The position numbers and the translations under genes were made by a program. From positions 1-63,861 of the forward strand of contig JBGTSP010000002.1 of the NCBI GenBank assembly GCA_041940205.1: a stretch of 63,861 bases of DNA. Reading direction: 5' to 3'. How positions within the stretch are numbered: the stretch's first letter is position 1; each line of letters opens with the position of its first letter. Positions 1-9,644 of this stretch are shown here, one piece after another. This DNA is from Alphaproteobacteria bacterium. GTDB taxonomy: Bacteria > Pseudomonadota > Alphaproteobacteria > GCA-2731375. The notes under the pieces are model-generated. The model made no database searches. It was not told the DNA's origin and saw only the letters and a program-made list of their open reading frames with translations.

Positions 1-55
1 GAGCGCTGCCCACCGAAGGCAGAGGTCAGAGGTTCGAATCCTCTCGGGTGCGCCA
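1..55 (+). tRNA. 3' portion of a tRNA gene (5' half is outside the window); the anticodon arm reads CCG, so probably tRNA-Arg
   Basis: Folds by eye. Anticodon stem CTGCC/GGCAG (6-10/18-22) with loop CACCGAA. Variable loop AGGTC. T-arm AGAGG-TTCGAAT-CCTCT (28-44). Acceptor 3' strand CGGGTGC, discriminator G, encoded CCA (53-55), then a T-run. Confidence 0.8.
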
Positions 56-121
56 GTTTTTTCAAAGACTTACCGGATTTCGTCGTAATCGCCGTATCTT
101 CGAGATACCATCGAGATACCA

Positions 122-412
122 ATGGGGACGAACTCCGGCCTCGACCGGATGTCAAGGCAGCCGTCCCCCGCGAGGCGAGAGATGGCCGGAAAGCCGCGAT
201 CACGCACCCGCTGCGGTGCCCGCCGCAAGCGCGACGGTCAGCCCTGCTGCTGCCCGGCCGAACCCGGCCGGACCCGTTGCCGGTTTCATGGTGGTCGCTC
301 CACGGGTCCGAGGACCGCGGAGGGCCGGGCCCGGATCGCGGCGGCGCAACGGCGGCGATGGGCAGAATGGCGCCGATGCCGGGCGATGGAGAGCCGGGTC
401 GGCGCGGTCTGA
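122..412 (+). CDS. HGGxSTG-motif small basic protein (true start may be the internal Met at 182)
   Basis: The translation contains RCGARRKRDGQPC...GRTRCRFHGGRSTGPRTAEG...RRRW. This Cys-rich HGGxSTG signature is recurrent in small ORFs of alphaproteobacterial islands. Confidence 0.6.
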   Translation: MGTNSGLDRMSRQPSPARREMAGKPRSRTRCGARRKRDGQPCCCPAEPGRTRCRFHGGRSTGPRTAEGRARIAAAQRRRWAEWRRCRAMESRVGAV

Positions 413-510
413 TCGGGTCGGGCTACCCCGGTCCCCTTTTTGCACCCATCGCACCCGCAGTGTCTTTGTCTCTCCTCACATCTTGATGCGGTTTCCGCAG
501 CCTCGTCACA

Positions 511-1758
511 ATGGGGGTACGTTTCCTGCGAACTCCGGGGGCGGCTCGGATGGCGCCTGTGATCATCGATGGTTTCGACTACCACCTTGATTCCGATTTC
601 GATCGGATCGAGTGCGCGTTCCTTGACCGATGGCTGTCGAGCTACGTCGACCTCGACGAAGGCCGGCGCGGCCCGGTGCGCAAGACCGAGGTCGAAATTC
701 TGGCGATGCTGGAGGGACGTGCGCCCGTGTCGACGCGGGGCATGGAGATGTATCTGAAGTGGCGCGCAGCCAGGCAGCGCCATCGGGCACTCAAGGCCGT
801 GCCTGTGGAAACTCGGCCGGATCGCGTCGAGGTGGTCCGCACCTTTCTCGATGACCGTGTCCGGGGCCTGGGACGGATCATGAGTGCCTTGGGAGAGCAA
901 AGCCAGCCGCGCGAGAGTTCGGATGGCCGCGCGACGTCGACGGCTGCGGTTTCCTGGTTGCAGGCGATGTTGGCGAGCGATGCCGCGCGATATCTCGACA
1001 ACTGGCTGACCTCGCTCTTTGAGGCGGCGCCGACGATCTACGACCGTGCCGTTGACGCCACCTATCTCGAGACCGGCATCGGCGGTGGTCTGCATCGGCT
1101 GTTTGACGGTTCCCATACGCCGCAGGAGATGTGGGCGATCGTCCGCGATGTCCTTCCGGATGACGGCATGGCCGACGAGGTGCAGGGATGGCTGAGTTCC
1201 CTGACCAAGGATCTGGTGACGCCGGCGGGCATTCCGCTGGTGACGACCGAGCCAGCGACATACGAGGCCCTGGCCGCGACGCTCGAGCAGACCCTTGCGA
1301 TACTGCGGAACTGGACCGCCGACGCGTTGACGATCAACGGTACGGAACTGATTGCCTCTTCCATTGGAATCATCGCGATCGCGCTCAACTGGAGCCGTCC
1401 GGAAGAAGACCGGTTCGTGGAAACGGTCGGCGCGCTCGGCCTGACTGCGGCGTACGGCGCGAATCCGGTCTTGATGGTCGTGGCAGTGGTGGCCTTTGCC
1501 CGCGCCTGGCACGCGGGCAGGCATCGCAACGACCGCATCGGGTTCATGCGCACCCTGGCAGAGGGCGGCATGGGACCGGCGATCGTGGTGGTCACGTCAT
1601 CACTGATTGGCGGCCCGGCCTGGATCGGGCTTGTTGCCGGCCTTTGCCTCGCCATCACGGTGCGACGCTACGGAACCGGAGTGGATCTGCACGATCTGTC
1701 TCGATGGATGCTGCGGATCGTGATGCGCGCCATCGGCCCGACGGATGCGCCGGCCTGA
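511..1758 (+). CDS. hypothetical membrane protein
   Basis: 415-aa ORF with GC-rich third codon positions and ordinary amino-acid composition. The C-terminal third has several hydrophobic helices (IASSIGIIAIAL, VLMVVAVVAF, AIVVVTSSLIGGPAWIGLVAGLCLAI). The overlapping antisense ORF is Arg-rich shadow. Confidence 0.55.
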   Translation: MGVRFLRTPGAARMAPVIIDGFDYHLDSDFDRIECAFLDRWLSSYVDLDEGRRGPVRKTEVEILAMLEGRAPVSTRGMEMYLKWRAARQRHRALKAVPVETRPDRVEVVRTFLDDRVRGLGRIMSALGEQSQPRESSDGRATSTAAVSWLQAMLASDAARYLDNWLTSLFEAAPTIYDRAVDATYLETGIGGGLHRLFDGSHTPQEMWAIVRDVLPDDGMADEVQGWLSSLTKDLVTPAGIPLVTTEPATYEALAATLEQTLAILRNWTADALTINGTELIASSIGIIAIALNWSRPEEDRFVETVGALGLTAAYGANPVLMVVAVVAFARAWHAGRHRNDRIGFMRTLAEGGMGPAIVVVTSSLIGGPAWIGLVAGLCLAITVRRYGTGVDLHDLSRWMLRIVMRAIGPTDAPA

Positions 1759-1828
1759 GGTTAGGGAGAAATTGACGCAAACCCGTTCTACCTGTTGAAT
1801 CCCCACGGGCCAGGGGGGACAGGCGGAC

Positions 1829-4800
1829 GTGTCGACCGCATTCTTTGAACAACCGATCCTGAATTCGCCGTACGAGCCGCCGGCGCGCCACTGGGCGCTG
1901 GAGGATGGCAACCCCACCGGCGCCATTATCGAGTCGCGCAGGGAATGCGATCTCATCACGCCGGTACCGAAACCGAAGAAGCGCAAGGGTGGCAAGAAGG
2001 GCGCGGCCGCCTCCGCGTCCCAGGCGGAGATGGTGCTCGCCAGTGCCGGCGACGAACTCTCCAGCGAAGATCAGGAATACAACCCCCGCCCGATCGTCAA
2101 CGAATTGCGCGGCCACCTGGAAACCTGGCGGGCATTGCCCAACCCGGACCAGTGGCAGGTCACGCCCGAGACGGCCCGCCTGCTGCAGCACTGGCGGCAT
2201 CATCCCTTCGCCGGCGTGCGCCCGTTCTTCTGCCAGATAGAGGCGGTGGAGACGGCCATCTGGCTGACCGAGGTGGCGCCCCGGTTCGGCCCGCGTGGCG
2301 CGAAGTTCCTGAAGCACCTCGAGGGCGCCAATGCCGGCGCCAATCCGGATCTGATGCGGCTCGCCCTGAAACTCGCGACCGGCGCCGGCAAGACCACGGT
2401 GATGGCGATGCTGATCGCCTGGCAGACCGTCAATGCCGTGCGCCATCCGGGCAGCAACCGCTTCTCCCGCGGCTTCCTGATCGTCACCCCGGGCATCACC
2501 ATCCGCGACCGTCTGCGGGTTTTGCTGCCCAACGACGATCAGAGCTACTACCACACCCGCGAACTGGTGCCCCCCGACCTGCTGTCCGACATCGATCGCG
2601 CCCGCATCGTCATCACCAACTACCACGCCTTCCGGCTGCGCGAACGGCTCGACGTCGCGAAGGGAACACGGGCCCTGATCAAGGGCCGTGGCCCCGCCCT
2701 GCAGACCACGGAAAGCGACGGGCAGATGCTGCAACGGGTGATGCCGGAATTGATGGGGCTGAAGAACATCGTCGTCCTCAACGACGAGGCGCACCATTGC
2801 TATCGCGAACGCCCGGACACCGACGAGGAGGCGGCGCTGAAGGGCGAGGACAAGGAGGAGGCGAAGAAGAACAACGAGGCCGCCCGCCTCTGGATCACCG
2901 GGATCGAGGCGGTCAAGCGGCGTCTTGGCGTCCGGCGGGTCTTCGATCTGTCCGCGACACCGTTCTTCCTGCGTGGCTCCGGCTATGTCGAAGGCACACT
3001 GTTTCCCTGGACGATGAGCGACTTCTCGCTGATGGATGCGATCGAATGCGGCATCGTCAAGCTGCCCCGCGTGCCGGTCTCCGACAACATCCCGGGCCAG
3101 GATTCCCCGATCTACCGCAATCTCTGGGATCATATCGGGAAGCAGATGCCCAAAAAGGGCCGACGCAAGTCGGCCGATGCCCTGGACCCGCTCAACCTGC
3201 CGGCGCCGCTGCAGACCGCCCTGGAAGCCCTCTACGGACACTATGTCGCCGAGTTCGAGGACTGGGACGAGGCAGGCATCGAGGTGCCGCCGGTGTTCAT
3301 CGTCGTCTGCAACAACACCGCGTCCTCGAAGCTGGTCTACGATTTCATCTCCGGCTTTCACCGCACCGGCGAGGACGGCAACACGACCTTTCACCAGGGC
3401 CGCCTCGAACTCTTCCGCAACTTCGACCAGCACGGCAACCGGCTGGCGAAACCGAACACGCTGCTGATCGATTCCGAACAGCTCGAATCCGGCGAGGCTC
3501 TCGACAGGGCGTTTCGCGAGGCGGCGGCGCCGGAAATCGAGCAATACCGACGCGAGCTGGTGGCGCGCACCGGCGACCAGCGCGCCGGCGAGAACATCAC
3601 CGAATCCGAACTGTTGCGCGAAGCCATGAACACGGTCGGCCGCGCCGGCCGCCTGGGCGGCGACGTCCGCTGCGTCGTCTCCGTCTCCATGCTCACCGAG
3701 GGCTGGGACGCCAACACCGTGCGCTACATCCTGGGCGTGCGGGCCTTCGGGACCCAGCTTCTGTGTGAACAGGTGGTCGGCCGCGCCCTGCGCCGCCAGT
3801 CCTACGACCTGAACCCGGATTCGGGCCTGCTGGATGTCGAATATGCCGATGTGCTCGGCATCCCCTTCGATTTCACCGCCAGGCCCATGCCGGCGAAACG
3901 CACCCCGCCGCGCGAGACCGTGCATGTCCAGGCCCTGCCCGAACGCGCCGCGCTGGAGATCCGCTTTCCCCGGGTACAGGGCTATCGGGTCGATCTGCCA
4001 AGCGAACGGTTCGAGGTCGCCTTCAACGACGATTCCCGTCTCGTGCTCACGCCCGAGCTGGTCGGCCCGACGAAAGTCCGCAACGAGGGCATCGTCGGCG
4101 AGGGCGTGACCTTCTCGCTGGATCACCTCGATGAATTGCGTCCCAGCACCATCGTCTTCCACCTGACGCGGCACCTGCTCTTCGAGGTCTACCGCGATGC
4201 CAACGAGGAACCGAAGCTGCATCTCTTCGGGCAGTTGAAACGCATCGTGCGCCAGTGGCTTGACGGCTGGCTGGAATGCAAGGGCGGCACCTTTCCGGGC
4301 CAGCTCCTCTACAAGCAGATCGCGGCCATGGCCGCGGAACGCATCAAGGCCGCCGTTACCGCCAGCCTGCAGCAGCAGGAAGGCGCCCGGCCGGTGCGGG
4401 CCATCCTCGATCCCTACAATCCGTCGGGCTCGACCCGCTTCGTCAATTTCACCACCAGCCGCGAGACCCGCTGGAATACGGCGCCGCACCGCAGCCATGT
4501 CAACTGGGTGATCGGCGACAGCGACTGGGAGATCGAACTGGCCCGCGTGGTGGAGGAGCATCCCCGCGTGCGGGCCTACGTGAAGAACCAGAATCTCGGC
4601 CTGGAAGTGCCCTATCTGATGGGCAGCATCGCGCGCACCTACATCCCCGACTTCATCGTTCAGGTCGATGACGGCTTCGGCAAGGAGGATCCGCTGAACC
4701 TGATCGTCGAGATCAAGGGCTTTCGCGGCGAGGATGCCAAGGACAAGGCCAACACGATGAAGAGCTACTGGATCCCCGGCGTCAACGCGCTCGGCAGCCA

Positions 4801-4897
4801 CGGCCGCTGGGCCTTCGCCGAGTTCACCGACGTCTGGGAGATCGAGAGCGGGTTCGCGAAGCTGATCGAGAATTTGATCGAAAAAGAGGTCGCGTGA
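1829..4897 (+). CDS. res: Type III-like restriction enzyme Res subunit (SF2 helicase plus C-terminal PD-(D/E)xK nuclease)
   Basis: Walker A LATGAGKTTVMA, DEAH box LNDEAHHCY, helicase motif VI-like QVVGRALRR, and a C-terminal PDFIV...LIVEIKG nuclease motif. GTG start. The stop overlaps the next gene (TGATG). Confidence 0.8.
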   Translation: MSTAFFEQPILNSPYEPPARHWALEDGNPTGAIIESRRECDLITPVPKPKKRKGGKKGAAASASQAEMVLASAGDELSSEDQEYNPRPIVNELRGHLETWRALPNPDQWQVTPETARLLQHWRHHPFAGVRPFFCQIEAVETAIWLTEVAPRFGPRGAKFLKHLEGANAGANPDLMRLALKLATGAGKTTVMAMLIAWQTVNAVRHPGSNRFSRGFLIVTPGITIRDRLRVLLPNDDQSYYHTRELVPPDLLSDIDRARIVITNYHAFRLRERLDVAKGTRALIKGRGPALQTTESDGQMLQRVMPELMGLKNIVVLNDEAHHCYRERPDTDEEAALKGEDKEEAKKNNEAARLWITGIEAVKRRLGVRRVFDLSATPFFLRGSGYVEGTLFPWTMSDFSLMDAIECGIVKLPRVPVSDNIPGQDSPIYRNLWDHIGKQMPKKGRRKSADALDPLNLPAPLQTALEALYGHYVAEFEDWDEAGIEVPPVFIVVCNNTASSKLVYDFISGFHRTGEDGNTTFHQGRLELFRNFDQHGNRLAKPNTLLIDSEQLESGEALDRAFREAAAPEIEQYRRELVARTGDQRAGENITESELLREAMNTVGRAGRLGGDVRCVVSVSMLTEGWDANTVRYILGVRAFGTQLLCEQVVGRALRRQSYDLNPDSGLLDVEYADVLGIPFDFTARPMPAKRTPPRETVHVQALPERAALEIRFPRVQGYRVDLPSERFEVAFNDDSRLVLTPELVGPTKVRNEGIVGEGVTFSLDHLDELRPSTIVFHLTRHLLFEVYRDANEEPKLHLFGQLKRIVRQWLDGWLECKGGTFPGQLLYKQIAAMAAERIKAAVTASLQQQEGARPVRAILDPYNPSGSTRFVNFTTSRETRWNTAPHRSHVNWVIGDSDWEIELARVVEEHPRVRAYVKNQNLGLEVPYLMGSIARTYIPDFIVQVDDGFGKEDPLNLIVEIKGFRGEDAKDKANTMKSYWIPGVNALGSHGRWAFAEFTDVWEIESGFAKLIENLIEKEVA

Positions 4898-6762
4898 TGT
4901 TCGAATCGACCAAGACCGATCTCAGAAAGCTGCTGGAGACCGCCGCGAGCGGCGCGCTCCAGTTGCCGGACTTCCAGCGAAACTATGTCTGGAACGATGA
5001 CGACGTGCGCAGCCTGCTGGCATCGATCGCGCGCGGATTTCCCGTCGGCGCCCTTTTGACCCTGGAAACCGGAGGCGTCGTCAACTTCAAGCCGCGGGTT
5101 CTCGAAGGCGTCGAGGACAAGGGCGTGGAACCCGAGGCCTTGCTTCTGGATGGACAGCAGCGGATCACGTCGCTCTTCCAGGCGCTGTTCACGCCGGTGC
5201 CGGTCAGCACCCGGACGGCCAAGGGCAAGGAAGTCGACCGCCACTACTACATTGACATCAAGACGGCGGTGGAAGGCGAAGTCCACATGGAGGAGGCGAT
5301 CATTGGCGTGCCCGAGGATCGCATTGTCCGCCGGAACTTCGGTCGGGACGTGGAACTCGATCTCTCGACGCCCGAAAAGGAGTACGAGCTGGACCACTTT
5401 CCCCTGGACAAGGCTTTCGACAGCCGGGACTGGTTTTTCGGCTGGCGGGACTTCTGGAAGGAGAGCGGCCGGGACTTCTACGAACTCGAACGGGCCTTCA
5501 GCCGGAACGTTCTCGACTGCATCGAACGCTACGAGATGCCGATCATCCGTCTCGATCGCAACAACAGCCGCGAGGCGATCTGTCTGGTGTTCGAGAAGGT
5601 CAATGTCGGCGGCAAGAAACTCGATGCCTTCGAACTGCTGACGGCGATCTATGCGGCCGACGAGTTCGACCTCAGGACGGACTGGTATGGGCTGCCGGAT
5701 ACAGTTGACGTCGGCCGAAAGAGACGCATCATTGGCACGCCGAACCCGCGCGACGTTCTGAAGGACCTCGCCAGCATCGAGTTCCTGCAGGCCTGCACGC
5801 TCCTGCACACCCGATCGTTGCGGCTGGACAAGCAGGCCGCGGGGCAGGGCGGCCGCGATCTGCCCCAGGTGAGTTGCCGCCGCGATACCCTGCTTGCATT
5901 GCCTCTTGAGGCGTACCAGACGCACAGCGACGCCGTCGAGAATGGCTTTGTCGAGGCGGCCGGTTTCCTGAACGAGCAGAAAATCATCTGGCACCGGGAC
6001 GTGCCCTATCCGCCCGTGATCGTCGCGCTCGCTGCGACATTCGCCATTGCCGGACGGGATGCATCCACGGCCGCCGCCAAGGAGAAGCTGTCGCGCTGGT
6101 TCTGGTCGGTGGTGCTCGGTGAACTCTATGGCTCGACCACCGAATCCCGTCTTGCCCGCGATGTGCCGGAATTGGTGGAATGGCTTGCCGGCGGCGCCAG
6201 GCCACGCTCCCTGGACGAGGCGATCTTCCAGCAGGATCGGCTGCGCTCGCTGCGTTCGCGCCAGGCGGCGGCCTACAAGGGTCTGCACGCCCTGATGATG
6301 CGTCGGGGTTGTCGGGATTTCATCACCGACCGGCCGACGGACATCATGACCTTCTTCAATGACCGGATCGACATCCACCACGTCTTCCCGCAAGCCTGGT
6401 GCAAGACGCAAGGCATCGAACCGGGCGTCTTCAACGCCATCGTCAACAAGACGCCTTTGTCCAAGGCCTCCAACATCGCGATTGGTGGCGATGCCCCGTC
6501 GGTCTACCTCAAGCGCATCGAGGACAGGCAGGGGATCGAGCCCGCTCGCCTCGACGAGATCCTGCGAAGCCACCTGATCGAACCCGAACATCTCCGGACG
6601 GACGATTTCGAGGCTTTCTTCGCGACGAGACTCGCCGCCCTGACCGATGTCGTGGCGCAGGCAATGGACAAGCCCGTGGCCATGGAACATGGCACGGACG
6701 AGAACGAACGCGATGTCGTGTCTGGTGAAGACGACGACCTCGATGCAGAGGAGGCCGCCTGA
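4897..6762 (+). CDS. DUF262/DUF1524 (GmrSD-like, ParB-like NTPase plus His-Me finger nuclease) protein
   Basis: N-terminal LPDFQRNYVW and LLLDGQQRITSL (DUF262 signatures). C-terminal IDIHHVFPQAW...NKTPLS...N (DUF1524/HNH-like). RBS AAAGAGG lies 7 nt upstream. TGATG overlaps on both sides. Confidence 0.8.
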   Translation: MFESTKTDLRKLLETAASGALQLPDFQRNYVWNDDDVRSLLASIARGFPVGALLTLETGGVVNFKPRVLEGVEDKGVEPEALLLDGQQRITSLFQALFTPVPVSTRTAKGKEVDRHYYIDIKTAVEGEVHMEEAIIGVPEDRIVRRNFGRDVELDLSTPEKEYELDHFPLDKAFDSRDWFFGWRDFWKESGRDFYELERAFSRNVLDCIERYEMPIIRLDRNNSREAICLVFEKVNVGGKKLDAFELLTAIYAADEFDLRTDWYGLPDTVDVGRKRRIIGTPNPRDVLKDLASIEFLQACTLLHTRSLRLDKQAAGQGGRDLPQVSCRRDTLLALPLEAYQTHSDAVENGFVEAAGFLNEQKIIWHRDVPYPPVIVALAATFAIAGRDASTAAAKEKLSRWFWSVVLGELYGSTTESRLARDVPELVEWLAGGARPRSLDEAIFQQDRLRSLRSRQAAAYKGLHALMMRRGCRDFITDRPTDIMTFFNDRIDIHHVFPQAWCKTQGIEPGVFNAIVNKTPLSKASNIAIGGDAPSVYLKRIEDRQGIEPARLDEILRSHLIEPEHLRTDDFEAFFATRLAALTDVVAQAMDKPVAMEHGTDENERDVVSGEDDDLDAEEAA

Positions 6763-9617
6763 TGGCCCGAAAGCCGAAGGCGCCGAAGCGCCCCAAGCAG
6801 GTCGCCACCCTGCGTCACGACGAGGCGCGCCGCCCCAACATCCCCACCGCCGAGCTCGAGACCGTGATGGCGGAAGAGGAAAAGAGCCCGTTGCGCCTTG
6901 CCTACGAGCGGCGCAACCGCGATCTCGACCCGCAGCTCGTCTGGCGCGGCAAGGACGAGCAGGACGCGTCCGACCTGATCGTCCAGGCCCCGCCGCTCTA
7001 CATCCAGGAAAAGGTGCATCCCAAGGTCCTGATCGACGACCTGCTGCGTCGCAGCAAGGCGCGACGCCAGGACGAGGCGGACGCGGACACTCCGGACCTG
7101 TTCGCCGACTTCAACGGCCTCACCGATCCCGAGAAGGCGACCGAGTTCTACAAGCACGACGCCAACTGGACCAACCGCATGATCCTGGGCGACAGCTTGC
7201 AGGTGATGGCCTCGCTAGCTGAACGCGAGGGCCTGCGCGGCAAGGTGCAGTGCATCTATCTCGACCCGCCCTACGGGATAAAGTTCAACTCGAACTTCCA
7301 GTGGTCGACCACCAGTCGCGACGTGAAGGACGGCAAGTCGGAACACATCACCCGCGAACCGGAGATGGTGAAGGCGTTCCGCGATACCTGGCGGGACGGC
7401 ATCCACTCTTACCTTAGCTACCTGCGTGATCGGCTCACCGTGGCCCGCGATCTGCTGCATGAGAGCGGCTCGATCTTTGTGCAAATCGGGGATGAGAATG
7501 TGCACCGGGTGCGTGCGGTGATGGATGAGGTGTTTGGGGAAGAAAATTTCGTCTCTAGTATAACAATAACAAAGACTGCTGGACAAACAGCTGAATTAGT
7601 TCCTGGAATATCAGATTATGTTCTTTTTTATTCCAAAAATGTAAAAAACTGCAAATTTAGAAGACCCCTTCGCGAGAAAAACATAAGTGATGATAGATCA
7701 GGGGTGTACAGATGTATTTTGGATGATTCATTCTCCGTCAAACGACTTTCTATCAAAGAATTGTCTACACATATCTCGAAGTATGGAGATGATAGAATTT
7801 TTCGATTAGACAATATTACTTCTCAAAAACCACCAGGTAATTTTCCTGTTTTGTTTAAGGGAAAGAAATTTGGATCCGGGAAAGGATACTGGAAAACTGG
7901 AGGGGTCGGAATGAGTAGACTAATTCGCTCAACCCGCCTCAATGATGCAAAAAATTCTCTAACCTATATTAGATATTTAAAGGACTTCAGGGCGGTAGAA
8001 GTAAATAATGTTTGGACCGATATGGGAACTGGAAGTTTTACGGAAGATAAGATCTACGTTGTTCAATCATCTGCAAAAATAGTTCAAAGATGTTTGCTGA
8101 TGACTTCAGATCCCGGTGATTTGGTTCTTGACCCCACTTGTGGTTCCGGCACAACGGCCCAGGTCGCAGAGCAGTGGGGTCGACGCTGGATTACGATTGA
8201 TACATCCCGCGTCGCGCTAGCACTGGCTCGGTCACGAATCATGGGTGCCCGCTATCCATTCTACTTGTTGGCGGACTCGCCAGAAGGCGTCAGCAAGGAA
8301 GCTGAAGTCACGGCCGCAGCGCCACGAGAACGGGCGACCAATGGCGATCTGCGTCAAGGCTTCGTCTACGAGCGAGTCCCTCATATCACGCTGAAATCCA
8401 TCGCGAACAATGCCGAGATCGACGTCATCTGGGAGCGATTCCAGGAGCGGCTCGAACCGCTGCGCAAGCGTTTGAATGCGGATCTGGGGAAATCCTGGGA
8501 GGAATGGGAAATCCCGCGCGAGGCCGGCGGGGACTGGCCGGACAGTGCGAAAACGGTTCACGTGGACTGGTGGACACAGCGCATCGCCCGCCAGCGCGAG
8601 ATCGACGCCTCGATCGCCGCCAACGCGGATCAGGAATTTCTCTTTGACCGACCTTATGTCGACAACCGAAAGGTGCGGGTCGCCGGGCCGTTCACGGTCG
8701 AGAGCCTGTCGCCGCACCGGGTGCTGGCGGTGGACGAGACAGGCGACCCGGTCGACAACAACACCCTTCGCGAAACCGGGCCCGGCAAGCGCCATGACGG
8801 CCCGGTCGAGGAGCAGGATTTCACCGGTGTGATCCTGGAGAACCTGCGCACAGCAGGCGTGCAGCAGGCGCACAAGGAAGACCGGATCGACTTCGCCTCT
8901 CTCGTCGGCTGGCCCGGCCAGTATGTCTGCGCCGAGGGCCGCTATCGGAAGGGTGAAAGCGAGCGCCGCGCCGGTATCTTCATCGGACCGGAATTCGGGA
9001 CCGTCGCCCGACCGGACCTCGTGGCCGCGGCCCGCGAAGCCGCGGATGCCGGTTTCGACGTGCTGATCGCCTGTGCCTTCAGCTTCGATGCCCATGCCGC
9101 GGACTTCGACAAGCTGGGCCGCGTGCCGATCCTGAAGGCGCGGATGAACGCCGACCTGCACATGGCGGATGAACTCAAGAACACGGGCAAGGGCAACCTG
9201 TTCGTGATCTTCGGCGAACCCGACATCGCGATCGAGCCGGTCGATGACGAGCCCGGCTCAGGCGCGACCGCGGGGCCGGACGGCGGCCTCATCCGGGTGA
9301 AGATAAGGGGTGTCGACGTCTTCCACCCGCAGACCGGCGAGATCCGCTCCAGCGGCCCGGACGGCATCGCCTGCTGGTTCATCGATACCGACTACAACGA
9401 GGAAAGCTTCTTCGTGCGCCACGCCTACTTCCTTGGCGCCGCCGATCCCTACAAGGCGCTGAAGACCACGCTGAAGGCCGAGATCGACGAAGAGGCCTGG
9501 GCCAGCCTGAACAGCGACACCTCGCGGCCGTTCCCGAAACCGTCGACCGGCCGGATCGCGGTGAAGGTCATCAACCACTTGGGTGACGAGGTGATGAAGG
9601 TGTTTGCAGTGCAATAG
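6762..9617 (+). CDS. mod: Type III-like DNA methyltransferase Mod subunit (beta-class N6A/N4C MTase) with a long C-terminal extension
   Basis: Motif IV IYLDPPYG comes before motif I VLDPTCGSGTTA (beta-class order), with an AT-rich presumed target-recognition segment between them. Translationally coupled to the upstream gene. Confidence 0.8.
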   Translation: MARKPKAPKRPKQVATLRHDEARRPNIPTAELETVMAEEEKSPLRLAYERRNRDLDPQLVWRGKDEQDASDLIVQAPPLYIQEKVHPKVLIDDLLRRSKARRQDEADADTPDLFADFNGLTDPEKATEFYKHDANWTNRMILGDSLQVMASLAEREGLRGKVQCIYLDPPYGIKFNSNFQWSTTSRDVKDGKSEHITREPEMVKAFRDTWRDGIHSYLSYLRDRLTVARDLLHESGSIFVQIGDENVHRVRAVMDEVFGEENFVSSITITKTAGQTAELVPGISDYVLFYSKNVKNCKFRRPLREKNISDDRSGVYRCILDDSFSVKRLSIKELSTHISKYGDDRIFRLDNITSQKPPGNFPVLFKGKKFGSGKGYWKTGGVGMSRLIRSTRLNDAKNSLTYIRYLKDFRAVEVNNVWTDMGTGSFTEDKIYVVQSSAKIVQRCLLMTSDPGDLVLDPTCGSGTTAQVAEQWGRRWITIDTSRVALALARSRIMGARYPFYLLADSPEGVSKEAEVTAAAPRERATNGDLRQGFVYERVPHITLKSIANNAEIDVIWERFQERLEPLRKRLNADLGKSWEEWEIPREAGGDWPDSAKTVHVDWWTQRIARQREIDASIAANADQEFLFDRPYVDNRKVRVAGPFTVESLSPHRVLAVDETGDPVDNNTLRETGPGKRHDGPVEEQDFTGVILENLRTAGVQQAHKEDRIDFASLVGWPGQYVCAEGRYRKGESERRAGIFIGPEFGTVARPDLVAAAREAADAGFDVLIACAFSFDAHAADFDKLGRVPILKARMNADLHMADELKNTGKGNLFVIFGEPDIAIEPVDDEPGSGATAGPDGGLIRVKIRGVDVFHPQTGEIRSSGPDGIACWFIDTDYNEESFFVRHAYFLGAADPYKALKTTLKAEIDEEAWASLNSDTSRPFPKPSTGRIAVKVINHLGDEVMKVFAVQ

Positions 9618-9644
9618 TATCATTTTTCAGAAAGGAATTGGACA

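Noticed and set aside
286-1524. 412-aa minus-strand ORF overlapping 511-1758
   Set aside because: Its composition is Arg/His/Pro-rich and motif-free. The plus frame has GC-rich third codon positions and a normal amino-acid mix with TM helices.
1655-4801. 1048-aa ORF on the minus strand opposite the res gene
   Set aside because: It has an Arg/Ala/Gly-rich, low-complexity translation typical of antisense shadow ORFs in GC-rich DNA. The plus-strand frame carries clear helicase and nuclease motifs.
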